DNA of 64,000 bases from Candidatus Bathyarchaeia archaeon (GCA_038872535.1 JAVZJY010000001.1:6108-70107); one strand, 5' to 3'; numbered from the stretch's first letter, positions 26,129-35,775 are shown. The notes: generated by a model not told the origin, from the letters alone. Translations and numbers: made by a program.

Positions 26129-26146
26129 TCCCGCCCGGAGCACTCC
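26129..26146 (+). repeat. Direct repeat copy 2 (displaced tRNA-Glu 3' fragment, att-like)
   Basis: tcccgcccggagcactcc. The upstream 11 nt match the tRNA T-arm at 6 positions. It abuts the thrC stop codon. Confidence 0.85.
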
Positions 26147-26150
26147 GCAT

Positions 26151-27356
26151 TTATGGTAGTGATTTTGCTTCCTTGTTCACAACTGGAATTTTGTTCTTTT
26201 TTATTTTAATAGAATCAAAATACTTCATTGCATTGCCAGTTAAATATAGAAGCACGCTTTCATCTTTGTCAATTGTGTCGTCGTTTTCAAGTTTGTTTAA
26301 GGCTGCGAGGGTTGCGGAGGCTTCGGGGCATGCGTATACCCCTTTTTTGAGGAAAGTTTTCATTGAAGCAATTATTTCTTTGTCATTCACTGCTACTGCC
26401 ATGCCCTTCGTTTCCCTTATCGCCCGCAATACAAGATAGCTTGCATAGGGACGGGGAACCCTTAAACCCGCCGCTATAGTTTCAGCGTTTTCCCAAGTCT
26501 CTTTAACTTCCGCTTCTCCGTTGTTATATGCCTTGACTAATGGGGCACAACCAGAAGATTGAACTATTATTAGGCGTGGAATCTTTTCTGTCCAACCAAG
26601 CTCAATTAAATCTTTGAAGCCTTTCCATAAACCTATAATTCCTTCGCCTCCGCCTGTTGGGAAAATTATGTTGTCTGGCAGATTCCAATTGAATTGTTCT
26701 GCAATTTCAAAAGCCATGGCTTTGTAGCCTTCGTATCTATATGGTTGCTTGTTGGTTGAAACATCTAGCCATCCGTAATCTTTCCCAAATTTTTTTACTA
26801 CTTCTGCGGCGTCATTTATCAAACCGTTAACAAGGTAGACTTTGGCGCCCATTGAAACGCATTCTTTAATATTGCTTTCCGGCACATCTTTCGGCATAAA
26901 AACATAAACTTCCATTCCAGCCTTTGCCCCGTAAGCAGCCAAAGCCGCAGCAGCATTCCCAGCAGAGGGCAAAGCAACCCGTTTAACTTTTAACTCTTTA
27001 AGTTTGGAAACCGCCACAGCCATACCTCTAGCTTTAAAGGTTCCAGTTGGAAGCCTTCCATCATCCTTCAAAAAAACGTTTGAAACCGCACTGTTATCTT
27101 TCCGAAATTGAAGTATAGGCGTATAGGGTTCTCCCAAAGAAACTATATTTTTAGGCGATGACAGCGGAAGCAATTCTTTGAATTTCCAAAAAGTATCCGC
27201 TCTATCCTCTAAATCATGCTTAGAAACCTTCTTGGCAATTCTTGATAAATCATATTGAAACAGAAGTGCTCCACCACACTTTGGGCATACTGTTAAAATG
27301 TTGTCTGATGGGAAAACTTCTCCACATTTGCTACATCCAGCCCCAAGTATGAACAT
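26151..27356 (-). CDS. thrC: Threonine synthase (PLP-dependent, N-terminal zinc ribbon)
   Basis: 401 aa with a CSKCG...CPKCGG ribbon, the PLP lysine context TGTFKARG, and a GGGEGIIG loop. Confidence 0.85.
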   Translation of the reverse strand: MFILGAGCSKCGEVFPSDNILTVCPKCGGALLFQYDLSRIAKKVSKHDLEDRADTFWKFKELLPLSSPKNIVSLGEPYTPILQFRKDNSAVSNVFLKDDGRLPTGTFKARGMAVAVSKLKELKVKRVALPSAGNAAAALAAYGAKAGMEVYVFMPKDVPESNIKECVSMGAKVYLVNGLINDAAEVVKKFGKDYGWLDVSTNKQPYRYEGYKAMAFEIAEQFNWNLPDNIIFPTGGGEGIIGLWKGFKDLIELGWTEKIPRLIIVQSSGCAPLVKAYNNGEAEVKETWENAETIAAGLRVPRPYASYLVLRAIRETKGMAVAVNDKEIIASMKTFLKKGVYACPEASATLAALNKLENDDTIDKDESVLLYLTGNAMKYFDSIKIKKNKIPVVNKEAKSLP

Positions 27357-27493
27357 GTATTCTCCCAGTTAATTGTAGAAGAGAAATCCTTTAAGTTTAC
27401 TGTAAAAAAGCTTGAACGCAGTGCATATTACATAAAACTCATATAGAAGGTTGTTTTATTCGATAAATCTTCAAAGCTTAAAAGTGATGAAAA

Positions 27494-29029
27494 ATGACGG
27501 AAAAAACGCCGTCAAGTTATAAGAAACTAATGGAAAAAGTTAAGGATTTATTAACTTTTCAATCCGCCACCGCCATCATCCACTGGGATATGGAGACAAT
27601 GATGCCGCCGAAGGCTATTGGTCTACGAAGCCAACAATTAGCCCTCCTCAGCCGAATTGAACACAGAATGAGCACAGACCCAGAAATAGGTAAGCTATTG
27701 GAAGAAATCATGCGACCGTCAGAATATGAAAAACTTGACACCATCCAAAAGAGAAATGTGTACTTGATAAAGAAACAATATGATGAACAGACAAGGCTTC
27801 CCGAAGAACTTGTTGCAGAAATTGCAAAACAACAAGCCATAACCGTGGATGTATGGAAAAAAGCTAAAGCAGCAAAAAACTTCTCCATGTTCAAGCCTGA
27901 ACTTGAAAAACTTGTCGAATTAGAGAAGAAAGCCGCAGAAATTCTGATGAAAGTGAAAGAAACAGCTACGCCCTATGATGCGTTAATAGACATTTTCGAA
28001 CCAAAAATGACAGCCAAAACAATCACGAAAGTTTTCAACGAGTTAAGAGAAGGCTTAGTTTCTTTACTGAAGAAATGTGAAACCGCTCCAAAGCAACCAG
28101 ACGTAAGCATTCTCAAACGCAATGTTCCAATAGATGTGCAAAGAAAAATCGCTAAAGCCCTTGCTGAAGTTGTCGGTTATGATATAGAGTCAAGAGAGGC
28201 TGGAGGCAGAATAGACGAGACAGAACATCCCTTCACAACAGGCTATTATGATGATGTGCGGATAACCACGCATTATTATGAAGACAATTTTACATCTTCA
28301 ATTTTTTCAGTGCTGCATGAAGCTGGACACGCCCTCTACGAGCAAAACTTGAAAAAAGAATGGATGTTTCAACCTGTTGGAACAAGCTGCTCTTCTGGCT
28401 TCCACGAATCCCAATCACGTTTTATAGAAAACATAATTGGACGGTCTCGTGAATTTTGGGTTTATTTCTTACCAAAATTAAAGCAAATCACAGGTTCCAT
28501 CCTCTCTGATGTGGATTTGGACATTTTTGTCCACGCCGTCAACCAAGTTAAGCCGTCCAAGATTCGCGTTGAAGCGGATGAGGTAACGTATGGACTTCAC
28601 ATTATCATAAGATTCACCATGGAACGGGACATTTTCGCTGATAAAATAATGGTGAAAGAGCTTCCAGAAATATGGAATCAAAGCTATGAGGAATATTTAG
28701 GAGTTAAAATTGAAAATGACTCGGAAGGTGTAATGCAAGACACCCATTGGGCAAGCGGCTTATACGGTTATTTCCCAAGCTACGCATTAGGCAATATTTA
28801 TAGTGGGCAAATTCTCGCTGCCATGGAAAAAGACATCAAAAACTGGAGAAAACAAATTACAGAAGGAAACTTGAAAGAAGTTAAGAAGTGGCTTGTAGAA
28901 AATGTTCACTCATACGGAAACCTCTATGACCCAGAAGACCTCATAAGAAAAATCACTGGAACAGAGCTTAACGTTAAACCATACCTAAACTATTTGAACA
29001 AAAAATATTCCAAACTCTACGGTTTTTAA
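27494..29029 (+). CDS. M32 carboxypeptidase (Taq-type metallocarboxypeptidase)
   Basis: 511 aa with the HEAGHALYE zinc motif plus the HPF, HESQS and IRVEADE motifs of family M32. Confidence 0.9.
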   Translation: MTEKTPSSYKKLMEKVKDLLTFQSATAIIHWDMETMMPPKAIGLRSQQLALLSRIEHRMSTDPEIGKLLEEIMRPSEYEKLDTIQKRNVYLIKKQYDEQTRLPEELVAEIAKQQAITVDVWKKAKAAKNFSMFKPELEKLVELEKKAAEILMKVKETATPYDALIDIFEPKMTAKTITKVFNELREGLVSLLKKCETAPKQPDVSILKRNVPIDVQRKIAKALAEVVGYDIESREAGGRIDETEHPFTTGYYDDVRITTHYYEDNFTSSIFSVLHEAGHALYEQNLKKEWMFQPVGTSCSSGFHESQSRFIENIIGRSREFWVYFLPKLKQITGSILSDVDLDIFVHAVNQVKPSKIRVEADEVTYGLHIIIRFTMERDIFADKIMVKELPEIWNQSYEEYLGVKIENDSEGVMQDTHWASGLYGYFPSYALGNIYSGQILAAMEKDIKNWRKQITEGNLKEVKKWLVENVHSYGNLYDPEDLIRKITGTELNVKPYLNYLNKKYSKLYGF

Positions 29030-29209
29030 TTAATTCTTCCTTTTTATTATGCTTTCATAAACTTTTAGGATTATTTCTGCAAGAATTCCGCCAAAAATAA
29101 AAGATACGCCAGTCCAACCAATGGTAGCATCGTAATAATTGCTTCCATACAAAAACAAAATAATGCCTACTATAATTATGCACAAACATGCGAAATCTTT
29201 CCACGACAC
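29030..29209 (-). CDS. Possible 59-aa two-TM membrane protein (below ORF-track cutoff)
   Basis: A GTG..TAA ORF encoding VSWKDFACLCIIIVGIILFLYGSNYYDATIGWTGVSFIFGGILAEIILKVYESIIKRKN. It has a hydrophobic hairpin but no clear SD. Confidence 0.3.
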   Translation of the reverse strand: MSWKDFACLCIIIVGIILFLYGSNYYDATIGWTGVSFIFGGILAEIILKVYESIIKRKN

Positions 29210-29442
29210 CTAAACAACTCCTAAGGTCGATTTTAAGCCTTTTAAAACATTAAAGTATATAGACTTACCGATAGAAAGAGAGAAATTGGAAGATTTGTAA
29301 CCTATGAATGCCTAACTCAAAAGAACAAAATATTAACAGCGCATTGATGATCAAAAGAAACATGAAACTTCCGACATATTCGACATTCAACATGAGCATA
29401 CAATCCGTTGAAGATGCTCTTTACATACTCAGTTACCGACAG

Positions 29443-29452
29443 TTTTATATAC
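29443..29452 (+). promoter_or_regulatory. Candidate archaeal TATA box upstream of fae-hps
   Basis: ttttatatac lies about 40 nt upstream of GTG 29488. A GGTGA SD sits at 29477-29481. Confidence 0.35.
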
Positions 29453-29487
29453 AACTTTCAAAAGATATGCTCGTATGGTGAATTTAA

Positions 29488-30945
29488 GTGTCGGAATATA
29501 ATTTCAAAAAACCAGAAACAAAAGAAGAACTTGTCAGAGTATTGATGGATGCCGCGAGAAGAGAGGTGGAAGCCCGTATTCGCACAAAAGGAAAACCGAC
29601 AAGACCTACAGTTTCTGGAACGGCTAAAATTCTAAACATACATAGAGATACACTTTACACATGGCTTAAAGAGTTTAATGTCGATTTTGACGATGTTTGT
29701 AAACAAATTTCTATAACAACTTTGTCGGAGACCGCTGAAATGTCTAGAAAATACACTTACTTAATTGGCGAAGCTCTTGTCGGGGAAGGCAACGAGGTAG
29801 CGCATATCGACCTTTTAATAGGAGATAAGGATGGACCTGTCGGAGAGGCTTTTGCGTCAGGCTTGTCTAACCTTTCTATGGGGCATACGCCACTGTTGGC
29901 TGTTATAAGGCCGAATCTTCCGCCTAAACCTCACACGTTGCTTGTTCCAAAGGTTACTGTTAAACATCTTGAGGATGCAAACAAGATTTTTGGACCTGCA
30001 CAGGCTGCTGTGGCGAAGGCTGTTGCGGATGCTGTTGAGGAGGGAATAATTCCAAAGGAGAAGGTGGATGATTGGGTTATAGTATGCAGTGTTTTTGTGC
30101 ATCCGCAAGCAAGTGATTACCGTAGAATATATCATTACAATTATGGGGCAACCAAGCTGGCTTTGAAGAGGGCGTTAGCAAAGTATCCGTCGCTAGAGAA
30201 AGTTTTCTATGACAAGGACAGGGCGAAACATCCAATAATGGGATTCAGAGTGCCAAGGCTTTGGAGACCACCATATCTACAAATATCTTTGGATATACCT
30301 GACTTGGATAGAACCAAGAAGATTATAGCTCAAATCCCAAGAAGCGACAGAATAATACTTGAAGCTGGAACGCCGCTTATCAAAAGATATGGAACAAGAG
30401 TGATAAGTGACCTTCGAGAGGTTGCTAAGGACACATTCGTAATTGCAGACTTGAAAACCTTGGATGTTGGAAAAGTTGAAGTTGACTTGGCTTATGACGA
30501 AACCGCAGACGCAGTGATAGCCGCTGGATTGGCACCTGAGGAGACACTTGACTCTTTTATCCACGAAGCAAAACGATTTGGAATATACGCTGCAGTTGAC
30601 ATGTTAAACGTGGAAGATCCTATCAAAAAACTCAAGGCGCTTAAAGAATTTCCAGACATAGTCATTATACATAGAGGAATAGACCAAGAAACTGGAATGA
30701 CCGTCGGATTGAATCTTATAGAAGAATTACGGAAAACATTTAGCGATAAACGGTTCTTAATCGCTGTTGCTGGGGGAATAGTGCCGGAAACAGCAAAGGA
30801 AGCCTTGGAAAAGGGCGCAGACATAATAGTTGTCGGAAGATACGTAACTCAATCAAAGGATATTGAAAGGGCTGTTAGAGACTTTCTTGAGTTGACACCC
30901 TCCATGCGGGAAGATGTAGACTTGTTCAGAGTTCATGTAGAGTAG
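29488..30945 (+). CDS. fae-hps: Bifunctional formaldehyde-activating enzyme / 3-hexulose-6-phosphate synthase (Fae-Hps) with an in-frame N-terminal HTH-like extension
   Basis: The Fae core begins at [22 protein letters not shown], and the Hps half has LQISLD...ADLKTLD...GADIIVVGR. The 84 codons upstream (from GTG 29488) encode [20 protein letters not shown]. An alternative start is ATG 29740. Confidence 0.85.
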   Translation: MSEYNFKKPETKEELVRVLMDAARREVEARIRTKGKPTRPTVSGTAKILNIHRDTLYTWLKEFNVDFDDVCKQISITTLSETAEMSRKYTYLIGEALVGEGNEVAHIDLLIGDKDGPVGEAFASGLSNLSMGHTPLLAVIRPNLPPKPHTLLVPKVTVKHLEDANKIFGPAQAAVAKAVADAVEEGIIPKEKVDDWVIVCSVFVHPQASDYRRIYHYNYGATKLALKRALAKYPSLEKVFYDKDRAKHPIMGFRVPRLWRPPYLQISLDIPDLDRTKKIIAQIPRSDRIILEAGTPLIKRYGTRVISDLREVAKDTFVIADLKTLDVGKVEVDLAYDETADAVIAAGLAPEETLDSFIHEAKRFGIYAAVDMLNVEDPIKKLKALKEFPDIVIIHRGIDQETGMTVGLNLIEELRKTFSDKRFLIAVAGGIVPETAKEALEKGADIIVVGRYVTQSKDIERAVRDFLELTPSMREDVDLFRVHVE

Positions 30946-30962
30946 CTTTTTCCCTTCCCTTT

Positions 30963-32165
30963 TTACACGAACATTTTGAAAGCTATATATGAGAGAAGAA
31001 AAAGTATACCGGAAATCAAAAATACGAATCCAAAATTGTAGGTTTGGGCAAGAAAGGGCCCTATAAAGGAACCGCTTGCGCCACCGATCCCAACAAGCAC
31101 ATCGAAAAGTCCAGCTCTACCTTTCGGTATAAGTTCCATAGAAAGAGATAGAACATTAACCAAGTAAAAGGCGTATGTGAATCCGGACAGAATCAAAATT
31201 ACGGTTGCAATCATAATGCTATACATTGACAGTTGCGTAGTCGTTATTAAAAGGAATGCGAGAAAACTTCGATATAACACAATCCTTCCAACATTGACGT
31301 TTTCAGTTTCACGTTCAAGCCTTCTTCCAGCAAGAAAATAGCCTAAAACGCCACTGCCAGAGTTCAGCACAAATACCGCAAAAACAAAGCTTGAAGGTAA
31401 AGTTGCAGCATTGGCGACGTTGCTGATGAAAATTGGCATGGGTGTGAACAATATGCTGGTGGCAAGAGAAAAGAGAACAAGACCACAACAGAAGATGCCC
31501 AAGTTTTCCTTTTTCAACCTTTCATCAACAGTAACACCGTCTACAATTCTAGAAAATATGGAAACTCCCCTATATGCGAAGCTTATTGACTTCTCTATTG
31601 TCACTAAGCTTCTTTCAAAGATTAGAGTTGGGTCCTCAACCAGAATAAGCGAGGCGAAGAATGCTGCAAGGTTTAAGCCGCTGCACAATAATAGGGTGGA
31701 TTTCGCATCAAAGCTGAACGTTGAGGTTACAACTCCTAAAATTAAGCCAATTAACCATCCAAACTCCGTAAGCCCCTCGTAAAATGCAAAGGCTTTTTTC
31801 CATTCTTCATGAGGGTAAAGCTCGGCGATGAGCACATTTTTTGGTGGTTCATGAGCTACATGAAACAATGCCATAACTATGTAAAGGGTTACCAGCAGAA
31901 TAATTTGGTTTGTGAGAATAAATAGATAGAGAATAAAGGCTAGGGCTAAGAATGAAATTAGTATGTAGATTTTGTAGCGTCTTGTCCTATCACATATGTA
32001 TCCCCAAAAGAAGGAAGCAGGTATTGACATGAACAAAGCAGTTGCATACATGGTTCCAACCCATATCAGCGAACCAGAGAGAGAAAAAATGTATAGAGGT
32101 AGGAAAACCGAAAGTAAGCCGAATGCCATCTCGTGGAAGAAGAATCCAAGCTGCCACATAGCCAA
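30963..32165 (-). CDS. MFS-type transporter
   Basis: 400 aa with about 12 predicted TM segments and a D-R-x-R-R-like loop (CDRTRRYK) after TM2. Confidence 0.75.
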   Translation of the reverse strand: MAMWQLGFFFHEMAFGLLSVFLPLYIFSLSGSLIWVGTMYATALFMSIPASFFWGYICDRTRRYKIYILISFLALAFILYLFILTNQIILLVTLYIVMALFHVAHEPPKNVLIAELYPHEEWKKAFAFYEGLTEFGWLIGLILGVVTSTFSFDAKSTLLLCSGLNLAAFFASLILVEDPTLIFERSLVTIEKSISFAYRGVSIFSRIVDGVTVDERLKKENLGIFCCGLVLFSLATSILFTPMPIFISNVANAATLPSSFVFAVFVLNSGSGVLGYFLAGRRLERETENVNVGRIVLYRSFLAFLLITTTQLSMYSIMIATVILILSGFTYAFYLVNVLSLSMELIPKGRAGLFDVLVGIGGASGSFIGPFLAQTYNFGFVFLISGILFLLSYIAFKMFV

Positions 32166-32278
32166 TAAAGGAAAACAAAAGGCAAGATAAACTTTTACTG
32201 TAAGAAAGCAATGGTTTTAATAAATCCTTAATAGAGAGATTTTTAACACTCATAACACTAACTGGAGTTTGGTCGTTA

Positions 32279-32716
32279 ATGGCTAAGTTTAAGGTAATTG
32301 TTTCAGACCCAGAAACGGGAACATCAAAGGCAGTGGAGCTTGAAGAAGCACGGGCACTTCCGCTAATTGGGAAGAAAATAGGCGAAGTGGTTGACGGGTC
32401 AATAGTGGATTTGCCCGGCCATAAAATGCAAATAATGGGTGGTTCCGACAAGGATGGCTTTCCAATGAGACCAAATGTTCATGGTGGAGTTCGTAGAAAA
32501 GTGATACTGAGTGGAGGAGTAGGGTTTAACCCGGAGAGTGAGGGGGCTAGGAGGCGTAAAACAATTCGTGGAAACGTAATAACAGATGAAATTGTCCAAA
32601 TAAACATGAAAATTATAGAGAAACCCAAAAAGCCTAAAGAGAAAAAGAAGGCAAAGGAAGATAAGGAAAAAGAAACCACGGATGTGCCAGAAACTCCGAC
32701 AACAAGTGACAATTAA
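32279..32716 (+). CDS. rps6e: Ribosomal protein S6e
   Basis: 145 aa with GGSDKDGFPMRP and RRRKTIRGN motifs and a K/E-rich C-terminal tail. Confidence 0.9.
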   Translation: MAKFKVIVSDPETGTSKAVELEEARALPLIGKKIGEVVDGSIVDLPGHKMQIMGGSDKDGFPMRPNVHGGVRRKVILSGGVGFNPESEGARRRKTIRGNVITDEIVQINMKIIEKPKKPKEKKKAKEDKEKETTDVPETPTTSDN

Positions 32717-32774
32717 ATATAAGTCAACATTTATTAGCTTGCATAGTCTAACCATCTAATAATTTGTAAAGTTC

Positions 32775-34040
32775 ATGGGAAATGGAGAAATGAGCAGCGA
32801 AAAGCACGTAAGCATACCAAAACAACCTGAGATTAACATAGGCACCATAGGTCACGTTGACCACGGCAAAACAACATTGGTGCAAGCGTTAACTGGCATT
32901 TGGGCGTCAAGGCACAGTGAAGAATTGAAGAGGGGTATAACAATAAAGTTAGGCTACGCAGACATGCCAATCTATAAGTGTCCTAAATGCGAACCACCCA
33001 AAAATTACTCCACAAAACCAGTTTGTCCCCATTGCAACTCAAAAACAACCTTTCTAAGAGCCATAAGTTTCGTTGACGCCCCAGGTCATGAAGCGTTAAT
33101 GGCAACCATGCTCTCAGGAGCAGCGATAATGGATGGAGCGATACTTGTTATAGCAGCTGATGAACCATGTCCTCAGCCGCAAACAAGGGAACACCTTGCC
33201 GCTGCAGAGATTATAGGCATAAAGAACATAATTATTGTTCAGAATAAAATTGACATAGTTGATGAAAAAAGAGCACGCGAAAGCTACAATGAAATTAAAA
33301 ATTTTGTGAAGGGAACTGTTGCTGAAAACGCTCCAATAGTTCCCGTTTCAGCACAGCGTGGAGTCAACATAGATGTTCTCATACAAGCAATCGAAGATTT
33401 TATACCAACGCCGAAGAGGGATGAAACAAAACCTCCACTCATGTATGTTGTCCGCTCCTTCGACGTTAACAAGCCTGGCACTCCCATTGAGAAGTTGGAA
33501 GGAGGCGTGATTGGAGGAACAATACTTCAAGGCAAATTTGTTGTGGGGGACGAAATTGAAATTCGCCCCGGAGTAATTCTGGAAAAAGAGGGAAAAAGCA
33601 CCTATAATCCACTCTTCAGCCAGATTGTCAGTTTACATGCTGGCGGAAGAAGCGTTAATGATGCTCATTGCGGAGGATTAGTCGGCATCGGAACCCTTTT
33701 AGATCCATCATTTTCGAAGGCGGACGGTTTAACTGGAAACATTGCTGGAAAATCGGGGATGTTGCCACCAACATTATTGGAGTTAACGTTAGAAACTAAT
33801 ATTCTTGAACGTGTGGTTGGAACAAAAGAACTTTTGAAAGTTGAAGAAATAGGCATGAACGAAACTCTTCTTTTACACGTAGGTGCTGCTATAACCGTCG
33901 GAAAGGTTGCCTCTACAAAAGAAAACATGGTCACAGTCAAGCTTACTAGACCAGTATGCGCACAAAAGAGCTCTAGAGTTGCCCTAAGCAGAAAAATAGC
34001 GGGCAGATGGCGACTCATCGGATATGGAATGATAACCTAA
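32775..34040 (+). CDS. eif2g: Translation initiation factor aIF2 gamma subunit
   Basis: 421 aa with GHVDHGKTT, DAPGHE and NKID GTPase motifs and a CPKC...CPHC zinc knuckle. Confidence 0.95.
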   Translation: MGNGEMSSEKHVSIPKQPEINIGTIGHVDHGKTTLVQALTGIWASRHSEELKRGITIKLGYADMPIYKCPKCEPPKNYSTKPVCPHCNSKTTFLRAISFVDAPGHEALMATMLSGAAIMDGAILVIAADEPCPQPQTREHLAAAEIIGIKNIIIVQNKIDIVDEKRARESYNEIKNFVKGTVAENAPIVPVSAQRGVNIDVLIQAIEDFIPTPKRDETKPPLMYVVRSFDVNKPGTPIEKLEGGVIGGTILQGKFVVGDEIEIRPGVILEKEGKSTYNPLFSQIVSLHAGGRSVNDAHCGGLVGIGTLLDPSFSKADGLTGNIAGKSGMLPPTLLELTLETNILERVVGTKELLKVEEIGMNETLLLHVGAAITVGKVASTKENMVTVKLTRPVCAQKSSRVALSRKIAGRWRLIGYGMIT

Positions 34041-34457
34041 ATGACACCACCCGACAAAAAAATGTTAAAAGTAATTTTGGATTCAAACGCATTATTTGTT
34101 CCGCTTCAATTCAAAATCGACATCTTTGAAGAATTACGAACCCTTTTAAATAGAAATTTTGAGCCCATCTTGCTTTCGTCCGTTAAGCATGAACTTGAAG
34201 GGCTGGCGGATAAGGGTTCGCCGAAAATGCGAAAAAACGCTTCTTTTGCTTTGAAACTTGCTGAAAAATGCAAACTTGTCAACACTAACGAAGAAGAAAT
34301 GGCTTCGCCGGACAATGCCATTATCAAAGCAGCTAAAAATTGGGATTGCCCAGTGTTTACGAATGATAGACTGCTTAGAAAGAGGCTAAGAGATATAAAT
34401 GTGCCAGTTATTTATGTGAGGCAAAAGTCACATCTAGAAATTGACGGGAGGATATAA
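34041..34457 (+). CDS. PIN-domain nuclease (Fcf1/Utp24-like)
   Basis: 138 aa with LDSNALF...TNDRLLRKR. It occupies the conserved position between eif2g and rpoE' seen in archaea. Confidence 0.8.
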   Translation: MTPPDKKMLKVILDSNALFVPLQFKIDIFEELRTLLNRNFEPILLSSVKHELEGLADKGSPKMRKNASFALKLAEKCKLVNTNEEEMASPDNAIIKAAKNWDCPVFTNDRLLRKRLRDINVPVIYVRQKSHLEIDGRI

Positions 34458-34461
34458 CCCC

Positions 34462-35055
34462 TTGTTTAAACTTATAACATTAGAAGATACAATTCGCATC
34501 CCACCCGAAACCTTCGGCAACCCCCTAGAAGCCGTTGGCCACCAACAAGTTAAGGCAAAATATGAAGGAGTTGTTGACGAAGAATTAGGATATGTAATAG
34601 CTGTAGTTGATGTTAAAGTGAGCCCCATTGGAAAAATAATTCCAGGAGATGGAGCTGCCTACCACAAAGTTACCTTTTCCTTACTGACATTCTATCCTAA
34701 AATTCAGGAAGTTGTTGAAGGAGAAGTTGTGGAGGTCGCTGATTTCGGCGCCTTCGTGCGCATAGGTCCCATTGATGCTTTGCTGCATGTTTCACAACTT
34801 ATAGATGACTTCATTTCATACGACGAAAAACAAGGAGTCCTATTTGGAAAAGAAACAAAAAGGAAGCTGACAAGCGGCGACCAAGTTCGCGTTCGAATAA
34901 CAGCTGTTTCACTAACAAGGGCTGGAAGCTCAGGCAAAATAGGCGTAACAACAAGACAACCATTTCTCGGCAAACTGGAGTGGATTGAGGAGGATGTGGA
35001 GAAAATAAAGAAGAAAGCAGAGAAGCCCCAAGAGAAAGAGGAAAAAGGTGATTAA
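34462..35055 (+). CDS. rpoE: RNA polymerase subunit Rpo7 (E')
   Basis: The S1-domain protein starts (L)FKLITLEDTIRIPP. I prefer TTG 34462, which lies 9 nt after GGGAGGA, over the 34441 track start. Confidence 0.85.
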   Translation: MFKLITLEDTIRIPPETFGNPLEAVGHQQVKAKYEGVVDEELGYVIAVVDVKVSPIGKIIPGDGAAYHKVTFSLLTFYPKIQEVVEGEVVEVADFGAFVRIGPIDALLHVSQLIDDFISYDEKQGVLFGKETKRKLTSGDQVRVRITAVSLTRAGSSGKIGVTTRQPFLGKLEWIEEDVEKIKKKAEKPQEKEEKGD

Positions 35056-35241
35056 ATGAGTGAAAAAGCGTGTTCAATGTGCCGCTTCATAACAAAAGAA
35101 ACCGTTTGCCCAAAATGCAAAAGCTCATCCCTGAGCGATGACTTCAGCGGCATAGTAATAGTGTTTGACCCAGAAAACTCAGCCATCGCAAAAGCCATGA
35201 ACATTAAAGAGAAAGGACGTTATGCATTAAAGGTCAGATAA
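35056..35241 (+). CDS. spt4: Transcription elongation factor Spt4 (RpoE'')
   Basis: 61 aa with a C-x2-C...C-x2-C ribbon (CSMCRF...CPKCKS). Confidence 0.85.
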   Translation: MSEKACSMCRFITKETVCPKCKSSSLSDDFSGIVIVFDPENSAIAKAMNIKEKGRYALKVR

Positions 35242-35775
35242 ATGAGTATTTTATACACTTTAACGCCAGAACTGCGCATAAAACTTAAGAAACCCTTAGG
35301 CACGTTAATCCGAGGCTCATATACTGAAACGATGAAGAAACTTTTGGACATGATAAACGAAGAAAAGCCGTCGGCTATAATTTCTGTTGGAGACACGGTT
35401 TCAAAAAACATTTTGGAAAACCATGTGCTTCCGCAATTGGCAATAGTTGATAACAAAGTAATGAGAAGAAACATTCAACCAATCCCAACAACAGCAGAGA
35501 AAACCATCCACATCAAAAATCCGCCAGGAACAATAACTGAAGCGGCAGTAACAGCAATTCAAGATGCATTAAAAAGCAGTTGCCATGTCAAAATAATTGT
35601 AGACGGAGAAGAGGACCTACTAACACTTATCGCTGTTTTGTATGCACCTCCAAACTCTTTCGTCGTATACGGTCAACCCTACGAAGGCATAGTTATAGTT
35701 AAGGTTACACCACAGAAAAAAGCAGAGATTTCTGAAGTTTTGAAAGCAATGGAAAACGTTCGAAAAACTAAATAA
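35242..35775 (+). CDS. DUF359 protein (GTP-dependent dephospho-CoA kinase family)
   Basis: 177 aa with ISVGDTVS...VDNKVMR...EEDLL motifs, in the conserved spt4-adjacent position. Confidence 0.8.
   Translation: MSILYTLTPELRIKLKKPLGTLIRGSYTETMKKLLDMINEEKPSAIISVGDTVSKNILENHVLPQLAIVDNKVMRRNIQPIPTTAEKTIHIKNPPGTITEAAVTAIQDALKSSCHVKIIVDGEEDLLTLIAVLYAPPNSFVVYGQPYEGIVIVKVTPQKKAEISEVLKAMENVRKTK

Larger units (their letters stand above)
25448..26146. mobile_element. Putative degenerate integrated element (mini-island) at tRNA-Glu carrying only a relBE-like module
   Basis: An 18-bp perfect direct repeat of the tRNA 3' end flanks a 663-bp segment. Copy 2 shows further degenerate similarity to the T-arm. 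No integrase is present. Confidence 0.45.

Noticed and set aside
26122-26439. 105-aa plus-strand ORF starting inside the att-like repeat
   Set aside because: It is antisense to the threonine synthase C-terminus, which is well supported. The composition is Ser/Phe/Ile-rich and spurious-looking.
29345-29479. 44-codon ATG ORF (MIKRNMKLPTYSTFNMSIQS...) upstream of fae-hps
   Set aside because: It has no SD, and its sequence overlaps the candidate TATA box and SD of fae-hps. It is more likely promoter or 5' region than coding.
31990-32451. 153-aa minus-strand ORF bridging the MFS transporter start and rps6e. Also 32399..32755 and 32479..32712.
   Set aside because: These overlap the well-supported S6e gene in antisense and extend the MFS reading frame region without TM character. 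They are low-complexity.
32620-32716. K/E-rich tails of S6e, S27ae (36131-36220) and the 46538..46882 membrane protein, considered as possible DNA repeats
   Set aside because: These are purine-rich (AAG/GAA) low-complexity coding runs, not discrete repeat units, and they show no periodicity beyond codon bias.
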